Shown one piece after another: positions 37,178 through 50,700 of a DNA stretch of 64,000 nt (positions within the stretch are counted from its first letter, which is position 1; the number at the start of each line of letters is the position of its first letter). The stretch is from Lingula anatina (taxonomy: Eukaryota > Animalia > Brachiopoda). The notes under the pieces are model-generated. The model saw only the letters and a program-made list of their open reading frames with translations. It was not told the origin of the DNA and searched no databases. The stretch lies in assembly GCA_051362555.1 (NCBI GenBank), contig CM120641.1, positions 16,926,001 to 16,990,000 on the forward strand. Direction: 5' to 3'. Both the position numbers and the translations under genes were made by a program.

Positions 37178-40100
37178 AACTAGAGGATCAGAGAGGTGAT
37201 ACCGCCTCTGGATATTGTACCACCAGCTGGAGTAAGCGCATTTGTATGGAAACCCCCCTCAAAAAAAAGGGACACCACCACCAGTCTTTTGCTTGACAAG
37301 CTCTATAAAATGCAATAAACAAGAGTTTTCAAAATATGCAAAAAGAAAAAAAAAAAAAAAGAAAAAGAAAAAAAATTGAAAAAACATAACTGTTAAAACG
37401 GTCCAACTAAACAGATGTTCAAATTGACTTGTATTTTCCTAACATTGATCACTCCTGTGATTTTCTAAACAGGAATATTATTTTTCCTTAAAATGTGTTA
37501 TCAGTGTTGCATACTGACAAAAGAGAAAACCTACAGGGGTCGAAACAGACGGTCGCCCACTCGCCAATGCGACTTAGAAACGTCCCGGGCGACTACCTGT
37601 CAGGGGTACTGGTCCGTTTTGGCGACCGCTGAAAAGTGCCGAACATCGTTACCAAACCCACAGTCTGCGACGTTAAGCACTAGCCCAAGGCAATTGCCCT
37701 CCTAAAGTGGCACCGGGCTAGTAAAAAAGATGAAATTTTATTAAGCACTATCTGTAATTTTGAACCTATTTTAACACTCAGTAAGATTTCAAAAATATGA
37801 GTCGCCAGTCTTCTTTGTCCCTGCCTCTAATTTGACGTTTCTAGATAGTATGATATGCCTCTCAGTTGAAAAAACTCACACCTAGCTCAAACTACTGAAT
37901 ATTGATTAGTTGCTATAAATAACTTCACTGTAGTTATTAATAGTAGCAGTCTGTCTGATCAGCGTGTCGGCATCTTTTTATTTGACCAGTTTGTTGTCAT
38001 GACTACAAATTGCTGCCAATCAAGAAACTGGATCAGACCGGAATTCTTTGGTACTAGCAACAGGTTTTGTCAAAACAACACTGTCTCCGAAGCAAGTGTA
38101 ATGTATGCGTTATCTCATAGAACATTTAGGTTAGGACCACTTAGCAGACTGAGGGGTGGAGTATTTTATTTCCTTTTTTGTTTATATTTTTTATTTATAA
38201 TTTTAATGTCCATGAGTAAATACATGGCTGTTATATAAATACCCTATGAACTATTCTTGACAATGTGGGATAGTTCAGTTTATGTCATGGCTACCCCTCC
38301 ACACTTTGTCGTGGTAAAGTCCTTGAAAAGTTGTTTTTACAAATATATAACCAAAAGAATTGTTACCAAAATAATTGTAAGACGTTTGTTTAATTACCCT
38401 TACAACACCTATGTATTTTAAATTAGAAGTGGCATTATATACCAATGTAATTGGAAATAAATTGTCAGAAAAGAGCCATTGTCAATAAAAAGAATAGGAA
38501 TTTAAAAAAAGATTTTGATTGCATATAAAAAATGGAAAAAAGATATAATAAAAATATGAAAAGTAAGGGTAACTATACTCAGTATTACAAATTAAAAAAA
38601 TATTTTTTTCAATATTAAAAGAATTGAATATATTTTTAATTAATTTTACCACCCCATCAACTGGAAATTAACCTGATTGACTTTGTTATTCACTTGCTCT
38701 ACTTCTATAATAAGGTTTATAAGAAAGTACAGTATGGTACCACAACTCTTTACAGCATCTGCTTAAACTTTTTTAAATGAATTATTTAAATTGGGCTAGT
38801 GTTTTTTGGTTCGGGCTAGTAAAGTTTGAGAGAAGTTTTTTTCGTTTCGCGTTCAACCCCAGCAATTAAAATTAAATTAAATCTTTAAGATTAAAATATG
38901 GATATATGTAGAAGTTATATTTATTTCATAATAATTTTTTATATATCCATTTTATTTTTTACATATTATGATGATGATGAGCTAGCAGAGGAGGATGTGT
39001 ACAAACAGTTGAAGGAACTGACTGGAATATGAATGTGTTTAGATAATCATATAGAAATAAAAATGAATGTTAAACATGTATGCGTTTACGTTATATCTAG
39101 TAGCTTGAAACTACTAATTTTTAACGTAAAATTTTACGGACCAGTACTTCTTGGTACGGACCAGTACCTCTTACGTCCACTGGTCCGTATTGGCCAGTCC
39201 TGCCCAAATTCTGTTTTGACCCCTGAACCAAGGGACAACACTGGGCAGATCTCTGCTAGTTTTGAAGATATGAGGGGCAAGAAAATATGCAAAGTTCAGT
39301 TTGTGGTGAAAAAGTAGGTCAAAGGTCAATTTCAAGGTAACAGTATATGACTTCCAATACAAGTTCAATAGTAACTATGGACATTTCTTTGCCAATTTTG
39401 GAGATATGGAGGCCAGGAAACATGCAAAGTGCAGTTCATCATAAATAGTAGGTGGAAGGTCAAATTCAAGGTCACAGTAAGATTGCCAGTATATGACCCC
39501 CTATCCAAGTTCAACAGTAACTTTGAGCATATCTCTGCCAGTTTTGGAAATATAAGGGCTAGAAAATTTGCAAAGTTCAGTTTATGGTGAAAAGTAGGTC
39601 AAATGTCAATTTCAAGGTCACAGTAAGATTGCCAGTATATGACCCCCTATTCAAGTTCAATAGTAACTTTGAGCGTATCTCTGCTAGTTTTCGAGATATA
39701 AGGGCTGGAAAATTTGCAAAGTTCAGTTCATGGTGACAAGTAGGTCAAAGGTCAATGTCAAGGTCACAGTTAGATTACCAGTATAAGACTTCCTATTCAA
39801 GTTCAACAGTAACTATCAGTATCTCAGTTCAACAGTATCTCTGCTTATTTTGGAGTATTTCACTATTTATTTTCCCCACTGTGTATTGTAATTTTTGATA
39901 AAGCGCAACGTCTAAACCATATCGAAAACAAAAAAATGGACACCACTTCCAGTATTGCACTCGACAAGTTCTGCAAAATTCAATAAACAAGAGGTCTCTA
40001 GCATTTACCATTCCAGAATTAGAGCAAGTTTTCAGTTTCGGTATGTAATGGCTGCTTCTCCCTTGAAAATGCACCAATTGACCCCAAACTCCAGAAGATG

Positions 40101-40630
40101 AAAGGAGTCCCTAATTGTAACTCCTCACTATAATAGGAGAGCTTAAGTCTGTGTAGTTTCCAAAAATTGGCACAAACAAATATTTATTTGCAGAAAATTC
40201 CCATTTTTAGAAAATTTTGGCCTGTCTGACCTTGAAATAAAGGTCAAAAGTCAAATCCAAGGGCATATTTGGAATCTCCACATATGACTTTCGGTCAGGC
40301 TTCTGTAGTAATTTTTCCCATAATTCCTTTGGTTTGGGATATATTTAGCATTGAATTTTCAAAAATTTTGACAAGGGTGCGTTTCAACAAGCGTCACGCC
40401 CAGGCCAATGCACCGACAGAGACAAAAAACCAGGGGGTTCAAGTTGAGATTATATGTGACCTAAATCCAAGAGATGGGGACACAGGTCCTTGCGGTCTAG
40501 GAGGAGAAGCGGTAACGGTGACTTGTTTCCGGCGCCCGACTGCGGAGCCGCAGGAGCCGGCGGAGCTGTATGAGACGGATCGGGACTAAAACCATGAGTA
40601 CCGCCAGCGTACACGCTGGTGGTACTAATA
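37178..40630 (-). mobile_element. Family B Helitron/HINE-like element with nested insertions
   Basis: 5' hairpin agtaccaccagcgtgtacgctggcggtact; 123-bp tandem array at about 39240-39830; 3' hairpin plus CTAG at 37178. Confidence 0.6.
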
Positions 40631-41763
40631 AGCTGTAAATCACGTGATTTTCCCGTGTTGCAGTCTTTGAGAAGTTTCAGTTCAGGGCGTTTGAAGTTTT
40701 GTCTCGACAAAATGCTCAAAAATGTCAGTTAAGCACTAGTTGCAATTTTTTGAAATTTATAACGAATAAAGTTTATGAAATTTGCAATATTATGTAGAAA
40801 AATCATGAAAATTAAACCATGCGAAGTATAGTTTATTTGATGCGCAATATTTATAGTACATGATCTGCACGGAAGCCATCCCAGCCATGTGCTTGTGCGG
40901 TCGCCAATTTGGGTTTGTTTCCGGGTCATTAGATTAACATACAGCCATAATTGCCCTAATTGGTCACAGCAATTTGAGCTGCAGCTACAGCTGAGTGATC
41001 ACCGCTGGTCACTAGTGACAGGTTTTAAGCTGAAGAGTGTGGACACTTTTGGTGAATTTTTGCAGTTAATAAACGTCAATATCTTTGTTGCTTGTAGGGA
41101 TATTTAAAAAATTTCAAGTGATTTCATCCGGTTTTTGCATTACCTTTCAGAAGATATAAGTATTATAATTTTCTGGTCAGTTTCAAAATGTTTCTGATAT
41201 ACCTACTTTATGTTCATTACAAACGGTACACACATTTTCCCCAGAATTAGGATATTTGCAACACATAAGATATCATAAGGCCGAATAATGTGGCAACATT
41301 GGCCTCAGTCACTGAATCAGTATAACTGTTTTGCTCCGCACCTGTACTTACCAAGACTTCGTCTCGGTCTATCTTTTATCATATAAGCCAACTTTCGAGG
41401 GACCTAACACTGAACACGCTTTATGCTATAGAAAAGAGGTCGCTTTCTTCAAGACGTTAAAAGGCTAATTAAGCAACGTTAACAGCGAATACATCATCGA
41501 TACTGCTATAAAACACGATTGTCAAAAGTGTAAGTCATCTATAACATAAAATTAAAATTACAATTGGTAATTTGAAAATTATATTTCCATCTCTTCGGCG
41601 ATCTCCTCTTTGACAATACGCCACCTATACAGAGATAAGATTGGAAGCATGAAAGGTTAGGCCTTCTGTCACAGCCTCACAGGATTTTATCCAGACCCCA
41701 GCCGTGAGATTGCAGAGGCAGCCTTTTCTTAAATTGTATAAATAGCAGCTAAATCTGCATGAA

Positions 41764-44700
41764 ATGGAAGCTGAGATTTTGCAGTTTGCATCAAGACTTG
41801 CCATGGCAGTTGAAACTGTGATGAATCCGGCTGTTGAGCGTGATGATCGGTTGAAGGCACACCAGGTACTTTGTGTTTGTGATAAAAAAAGAAAAAAATT
41901 AAGATAAAAACACTGCTAAATTCAAGCACCAGTTGCCTTTCTTATTTCTACTAGCGGATTGCATTTACACTTTAATCGATTTTTTTTTCACAGAACAGAA
42001 TCTTCAGTGTTTATGGAAAAATTAAATGGATGCCTGGGATATCAAATAGCATATTTAAAGTGGTGTTAACATCCCTTACAGACATTTCCCATTCAACTCT
42101 AGGGGACAATATTGTAATCCTACAGGACTCTATGGGCCTTTCTGGGAATTTTATTGGACATCAAATAGGATTCCTGTGTAGGACATACATGCATATCCTG
42201 TAGGACTTTAAAGGATTTTGAGCCAATTTACTGCAGGGTTTTTTTAAGACACCTGGAGTGTCCTATAGGACCTTACAGGATTTTGGAGCAATTTCCTATG
42301 GGATCCTATTGGATGCCGAAGGCTTTAGGGCCAATTTTTATAGGACATTCTACAGGAAAGTTCCATAAGGGATTATTCCACTATTTAATTATATATATGA
42401 TAAGTGGTGGTCAATGTGTCCCACTGCTTCAGAATTTTAATTGATGCATGTCAGTCTAGCTATGACCAATAGATGAATTGCTATACAAATGATCCCGTGA
42501 AGGGTGCTATATTAACAATAGGATAATTGCACTTATATTTCCTTTATAAATATGCTTGCCTGTACCAGCGCCAAGGGGAATTAAATCTGTTACAAATACT
42601 CTGGTCCACTGTATGCAACATACAAGATAACATTGTCTCTCAGCTGCGATTTGAATTTTTCAGCGTAATTTCACTCTTGTATGTTGCAAACAGTGGACAA
42701 CTCACATTGTAACAAATACTTACAGACATGTACAAACCTGAAATATATTTCAAAGCAATAATCCTTAGTTTAACCCCATAGCGCCTGACGGCATCTGACC
42801 TAGAAAGTGCCCTTGGTCCTGAGCCCTCTACCCGGATGCACTCAATTTTACAGGCGGCCTCATTTAATCAATGATAAGGTATTCACTTGTCTAGAAAACA
42901 CCTAAGAACTGTACATTTTTAGAAAGCCAACAATGTAAGCTTTAAAGTCATATCAGTTTTATTCATATTTGTTAACTTAGGTAGAAATAGCAGGAGTTTA
43001 AATATGAGACTTGCTTTTCTCGAAGAGAAGTAAAAAACAAAACTTTAATTTCAGCATGCACATTCTTTTTCACTTTACCAAATAATTTGTTGAATTTTTC
43101 TCATAAACACTCGAAATATGTTTTAAACAATGTCAGAAAATTTCAGAAAGATGTCTTATTTAGTTTTTGAGTTATAATAAATTTCCTGGGATGCGTGCTG
43201 TACCTAAAAACCTTCATCACGTTAGCTAGTTGCACAATATACAGGCGGGCTAGCTGACTGGAAGACTTCCACCTAATTACGTTTATAATTACAAATAGAT
43301 TGTAACTTAAGTGCCTTTTTCAAAAGTTTTTCTATAGTTTTTTTTAATCAACTGAACCAGGATACTCATAAAATTTTGTTTTGCACTCAAATCATATACA
43401 AGAATACAAACATTGTCATGAGCAAATATTACACTTTCGTGAATAAAAATTGCATCATAAAAATACAAGCAAACGTGGCATTTGTACTAATACTCAAGTA
43501 GGAAAAGTATGTTGATACAGCGCACTAGTAAACATATTACATCTGTATTAATACACAAGCAGGAAAAGACATATGTTGATGCAGCACACAAGTAAACATA
43601 TGTCATTTGTACTTATACATAAGCAGGAAAAGACATGTTGATGCAGTACAACGTAACATATGACATTTGTATTTATGCACAAGCCGGAAAAGACATGTTG
43701 ATACAGCACACAAGGCAACATTTAGCCTGACTTGCCACGGAACGGTTACAGTCATTTTATCAGCAATATAGCCCTTCCAATTACTATTGTCGTCTGCTTG
43801 GTTACTGCCGTTAGTATCATCAGCGTTTTTTATAAATCAAGCCCCACGTCCAAATCTGCTCTCTGACAACTCATACTAGCCAAAGGTACATAATCTTTGA
43901 AGTTATCGGAGTATCAAAATCTATCAAGGACGCTTCCCCGAAGTCTGAATTTTCTAACAAATCTAGAACATTTCTCAACCCATAATTTCTGCTGACTTCT
44001 CGTCGCCATTTTGACTTCTTAGCGTCTCGACAATGGTTGAAATAAATCGCTTTTTCATTATCTAATTCTCGCTACACGTCTTTCAAAAGCCGGTAGTAAA
44101 CAAAAAACTAACATTAAGTTATTCTTGTGATAGAAGTATGAATTGTTACAAACGACAGGGGACAGTACAAGCATGTAAACACAGAAACCGCGTATATGCG
44201 GTTCCCGGCACTGAGGACTTTTTAAAATGAACCGCATATGTGCGGTTCCCGGCGCTATGGGGTTAATCATTACATTCAGTTCTTTTAAGCAGATGCAGGT
44301 GCGCACATTTTCTGCTTGGCAGCTAAATCCATTTTTAATTCAGCACAGCATGTGAAATGTCAACTTTTTTCATGAGTACCTGTTAATGATTTAGTAGAAA
44401 AAATACAAAGATTTAGTAAAAAAAATTAACTTGGTGTGTAACTGCAATTCTTATGGTGTTCTTCCTCCTGTCAAAACTTGTCATTCTCTTCCTCGTCTTT
44501 TCAGCTATGTGAAGAATTCAAAGAGTCTTCACCATTTTGTGCTCAGTGTGGATTACTACTGGCTTCTAAGGATAAACCACACGTAATAAGAAACTTTGGT
44601 CTTCAGCTGATTGAACACTGTGTAAAGTAAGTCCTAAGGTTATGGTATATAAAGGGTCGACAGTCTTCTCAGTGCACATGGTTCTGCATTTACTGTAAAT

Positions 44701-47700
44701 TAATTAAAATTATATGCTTATGGTAAATCCATGACCAGACTGAAATGTGATAGTACAATGTATTTATGGCAATAAAGCTGAATAGTTTGAATGCTGGCCA
44801 TCCTTAGTTTTAAAGATAGTAAGTTAATGTCTTCCAGTGGAGATTTTCTAAATACAAATGGGCAGTGGTTTATTTGTTATCATCCAGGGACAGCATAGTA
44901 AATGTTTTGACTGATAAGTGAAGATATCACAGTAGCTGTTATACTTGACAATTTTTGTATTGAAATACGTACATGTTTGATGCTGCTGCTGATGATGTTC
45001 AGTTTATCATCAATAGCCAAATTTAAGAAAAGTTAAATGGGATATTTTTTAGATATAGCTTAACAATTAATCTTTACTGTACCTATATTATAAACATAAA
45101 ATTCTTTTCAGGTATCGTTGGAATGCCATGTCACCAGAGGAGAAGAGTTTTATAAAGGATAATGTCATGGCTTTGCTTGCCAGTGTAAGCTAATTACTTC
45201 TGATTAGACTATTCAATCTAGTGAAGATTTCACTTTTCAAATTGTTAGGATATAACTTAATTTAAAATTTAATGAGTTTATAACTATGGGTGCACTCTAT
45301 CTATAGAATAACTTAAATTTTTGACTGTAATTGTTCACAGCATTGTTAACATGTTCCCTTCCCTTAAAGTAAAAGTCTTTTTTTATCTCATGCAGGGAAG
45401 TGAGGATATCCTTACTGAACAAAGTCACATAAAGAATGTCCTGTCCAGAATTGTGGTTGAGATGGTTAAAAGAGAATGGCCTCAGCACTGGTCCACACTG
45501 TTAAGTGAACTGGATACTCTGTGTAAAATTGGGGTAATGAAAAACTGAAACAAAAATTGGTTTAAATTATTAGTATACTGACACTTAATGCCCGTCCAAT
45601 TACTTATGGCCTGTGATTGCACATTGATAGTGTAAGATTGGGATAAACTGTCGCAGCCTTCATTTCAACTAACATGAATCATTATTACCTTCCAGCTAGA
45701 AACATATCAGAAATTCTGAGTTAATTTTTAGAATTAATTATTTAATTTATTTGTTAATTTCATTTTTTTATTATTACTATTTATATTTACTTATTTGTGT
45801 GTATGTGTGTGTGTACTTTATTTCTAGCATTAATTTGGTGTCTTTTCTTGCGTTAAGATCTCAGTTTTAATTGACCAGTTTGCTAGGTTTTTTCTGTAGA
45901 TGTTGCTTGATATAGTATTACCTCTTCTATTTTTAAAGCAGGCAATGGTCTGTACATTTGAATTCCTTTGTTAATCATTATTTCAATTATATTTATAATA
46001 GTACACTTGCTGAAAATAAGATGACCATAAGAACCCTTATTTGTTATGCTCATTTTCAGTTGTGTTTAAAGATATTAATATACAATGTTTATCTGTGACA
46101 ATTTTTTATTTTGGTATTTTTATTTTGTTTTGCAGCCTACTCAAGTTGAACTTGTACTCCTTATCTTCTTGAGGCTGGCAGAGGATGTGGTGGCTTTCCA
46201 AAATTTCCAGACTCAGCGAAGAAGAGAGATCCACCAGGCTCTGACAGGAAACATGAGCGCTATTTACAGCTTTATGTTGACAGCATTACAAGAGCATGTC
46301 ACAAAATATAAAGATTTACAAAATGTGTGTTTCTAAATCAATTGCATCATCGTAATTTTGTGTATGATTTAATTATAATGATACTGGCCTGAAGACCACA
46401 TCTATTAAATATGTTATCTCTGATATTGACTAAATATCTGCAAAGTGTCTACCATTCCCTTCATAGTCCTTAATGATGATCATTGTTTTGAGTGAAAAGA
46501 CAAGAATTTTGGATATACCCCATCACAGCATAGCTATATTCTATGTTAACACCAATTCTTGGCAACTAATAGAAAATGAGGAAAGAGGTATAATTTACAA
46601 TATTCTAGTTCCCATCAAATCATATATTGAATAATAAAGCAAAGTGTATGTTTTTGGATTGTCAGGATGGCTCTTCCCCCGATAATCCAGAGTTATTGGT
46701 GCACTGTAAGGTGGCTCAAGCAGTCCTGATGGCTCTGACTGGGTACCTGGACTGGATCAGCTGGTCTCTGGTCTTTGCTAACAATGACATGCTGCTATTA
46801 CAATATCTGTGTCTGCTGCTCAGTGATTCCAGTCTGCAGTTACATGCTGCGGAATGCCTCCTGATCATAGTGAATAGAAAGGTAATGTTGATCAGCAAGG
46901 TGAAAATGGGGGTGACTTGGATACCATAGCTGTTACAGTAGCATTGTTTTGTATTCTTCTGACATATGTCTGGGCTTGAGGGCTGTCACCATTTCAACCA
47001 CTTTTTGTTGTATAGGAGATAAAGAGATGTTTGAAGGCCCAGAGTTTAATAATATGAAAAAGTAAAGCAAAATGAAGTTAAGAAAAATATTAATGCAAAA
47101 CATGTCGGATATCTTTGTTGGCATTTGATAATTTTGTCTTGCAGGGTAAACTGGAAGACAGAAAGCCATTATTAGCTTTATTCAGTGAAGGTGCTATGAG
47201 TACAATATTAAGTGCAGCACAGTAAGTCATTTGAATATTTGTACACATATGATGCAGTAAGAACATATATAAATTCTGCAGACCTTTTCAACTGATGTAA
47301 AACATCAGCTAATTGTACTTGAACGACAAATACTTGAACATCACAATATCATTGTTTATTTAAGAGACCATATTGTAAGTAAGGTGACTTTAGTATTTAT
47401 GAGAAGTGCATTTTAGAATCTTGTGATAATTTCTTAAACCATTTTAGTTTTTGGCTGATCAATATCAAACCTCAAATTTAGGGATATAAGATCATAATCT
47501 ATGCAAGTTTTATGATAACTAATATTTTAGGGCAGCCTTACATGTATCACTGAATGAATACTACTATCAGTTCCTTAAGAAATTATGCCAAGTTTTGACA
47601 GGAATTGGAACCCAACTCTGTGCTTTATGGGTATGTAAGTTCATGATGATGCCATGTAGATATATCTGTCTTCTACAGAACAAGGTTTCTTTGAATTGTA

Positions 47701-50700
47701 ACTTTGTTTTTGAAATGTATTATATTAGTAACACCCATTTTTAAAGAATCATTCTGGACTCTGTCTCTTTTCCTAATTAAAGAAAGTTTTTTTGTCCCGT
47801 GTAAATCCAGGTTTTTGTGGTGATTATTTTTAGGGTTCCAGCGATGATATTGGCCAACCAGAAAACTTTGGAAAGTATCTAGAAGCAATTCTTGCACTGA
47901 CTCAACACCCCAGTCAGGTAGTCAGATATTTACTGAAATTTGTTATGACCAGAAAAAAATTGTTAATTAATTAATTTATTATTATTACTTTGTTTATTTG
48001 CTTTTTAAAGAAGTAGCTATTAGCCATTAATCTCCTTTTCAGTGGTGTTTATTAAACTGTTGATGACATGGGATTTTACTTTTGGTTGATGTTAAGTACC
48101 TTAAAAGCAAACAAAACAAAAACCTGTGTAACAATTGCAGGCCATTCACCAGGTTGGCCCCATTCCCTGATGAATAAGCTCTAGATTGACAGCAAAATAT
48201 TGGAGTTATGAATTTCAGGACTTAGCTACTGATTGAACAAAAATAATACCTTATTCTTAGTACGTAACACAGCTGATGAAATTTTATGATATGGTATAGC
48301 TATTGAATTCCAGATGCTTGGCAGCTACACACACTCCTTGCTTGCATCATTCCTGAAGCATGAACACATCTCCAAGGATCCTGTAATGGTGGCCACAATA
48401 GACAAGATCCTGAGTATATCTTCCCAAGCTCTCATGAAGGTACTTGTGAGGCTCTATGATTCAATACTAGTACATTGAGTTTGTACCAAAGGCAAAAATA
48501 TTTCTGCAAATATTCAGCAATTCATTTCAATTCATAGATGCTGTGGATGAAACATTTCACTTTATTGTTGGCATTGATTATTTAAAAAGTGCAAAACATG
48601 TTAATTAACATATATAACTCATCATATCGTATCATATCATACCTGGGGTTCAGTTTTCTTGTCAAAGGATAAATTCATGTATTACGAGTTCTTTTATTTG
48701 TTTCAGAAGTAATTGTGTTAAACCAAAAATTTAGCTTACAAAAATGTTTGATAAAATTTTGTCGTTCTGTTCTCAGGTTGGCTTTCCTTCTCACAGTAAC
48801 CACCCCAGCTGTGATTATGCAAGATTGGATTTTGACTGTGATGAGGACTTCAATGTGTTCTTCTCCAGTAAGGAACAACTAACACACTACCTCGCATCAT
48901 TTTACAGTTTACAAGCTGTAATAATCCCCCAACACCCACACGTACAGTTTTCCTCATATGATGCACCCTGCAACCTGCCCTATTACATCTGTTGGGTTGA
49001 TGCTGATTCATATTTGATCAATCGATTGCTAAACAAGCTGTTAAGTTTACAAACATGATGATATAGTCTCATCATTTTCATTATTTATTCAAAAATATTC
49101 AGTTTTACCCTTGTATGTTGATAAAACTTGTTTTTCAACTCTATTGATTAGCCTTTTAAAGAAGTGTTACACCTGTATTAAATTCAATAATTACCAAGGG
49201 AGGAAAATGTTTTTCAGGATATAGGGCAGAAGTAGTCGAAACACTGAGGTTGGTGACATTGATTGCTCCTGATGTAACCTTTCAGTATACCAGTTGCTGG
49301 CTCCAAACACTGCTTCAGAAACCTTTAGATCTTGGAGATGGTGAGTTTAATTTTGCACATTTTGTTTCTTTCTGTGTGTTGAAACGAGCAAGTCATTGTT
49401 TCCAAATAACATCTTACTTGTGCAGGGATGAGATTTTTCCTACTATCAGCAGATTTCAGACTTTTTTGGAGACAAAAATATCATTGACATAGGTGGCCCC
49501 CTGGACCTCCTCTGTTTGAAGTGCAAAGACAAATCAGTTGTCCTGTGTACAGTATAGATACAGTGGAGAAAAGTCCATGCAATATTGGATTTTCTTTCTT
49601 CATCCCAGGCCCAGAGACGGGGCACTGTAATCTCAGCTCCCCTGCCTTTCTGGAGTGGGATGCCCTGGTTGCCATGTTGGAGAGTGTCATGTCCCGTCTG
49701 AAGTCCAGTCCTCACCCACAACCCCCTGTCACGGATGGTATACAACTGTTTAAGGCAGTGCTCAACTACCAGACCCAGGTATGTGGTTTTATAGGTTTGG
49801 TGAGATAAATATATTTTGAGTGAAGAAATGTGTTACCAATTGTTTGCCATTTTTTTGTGCAGTCTGTAGTTTGGATAATGGTTTTTTTTTTGTTTGGTTT
49901 ATTTCCTCTATCTGCTATGGCAAGTGATATTACCACCTCAACAAAAATTATAATGACACAAAATGTAATTTAATATCTCAGTATTTTTTTCCTCTTGCAG
50001 GATCCCCTTATTTTGTCTTGTTTGCTGTCATGCATTTCTGCACTGTTCACCTACATCACATATGCGCCAGATACACTGCCTACAGTGTTGGACAAAGTAA
50101 GACCCCATATTGCAAGTTTTTTCAGATTTGTCTTTTCACTCAAAATTAGTGCAAAAGAAAAAAATTCTTTTTTATTAAAAAGAAGAATAAGAGAAAAAAA
50201 GAAAGAAGAAGTAATAACCGATATCAGTGCCTATATTGTACATTGCTAGATATTCACCACGGTGTTGTTCAACCTGGGATGTCAGACCAAGGCCACCAGG
50301 AGCCGAGCTGTCAAAAATGTTCGGCGACATGCGTGCTCAAGCCTGGTGAAGATATGTAAGCAATTCCCAGAACTACTGCTTGTAAGTTTTTTTTATTGTA
50401 ATTAGCATAAAAGTAGACCATGTTCAAGTTGAAGAATTTCAAGTGCTTCTGTTACTTTTGGCAAACCATTGATATTACATACATGTATATGTACATACCA
50501 TCCAAACTTATATTCCATTTATAGTCTGTGCAGACAGTAATAATTACACCTAGATAAGGTCAAAGTTTAGTGCAGATAATAAGTTAGTTGGATAAGATAA
50601 AAACTTAAATGTAAGTTAATGAGATATTTAAATGTAGTATTATATATGTTTCTATTGTTAGCCTGGCTTTGACCAGCTGTACACACATATCAAGAAACTC

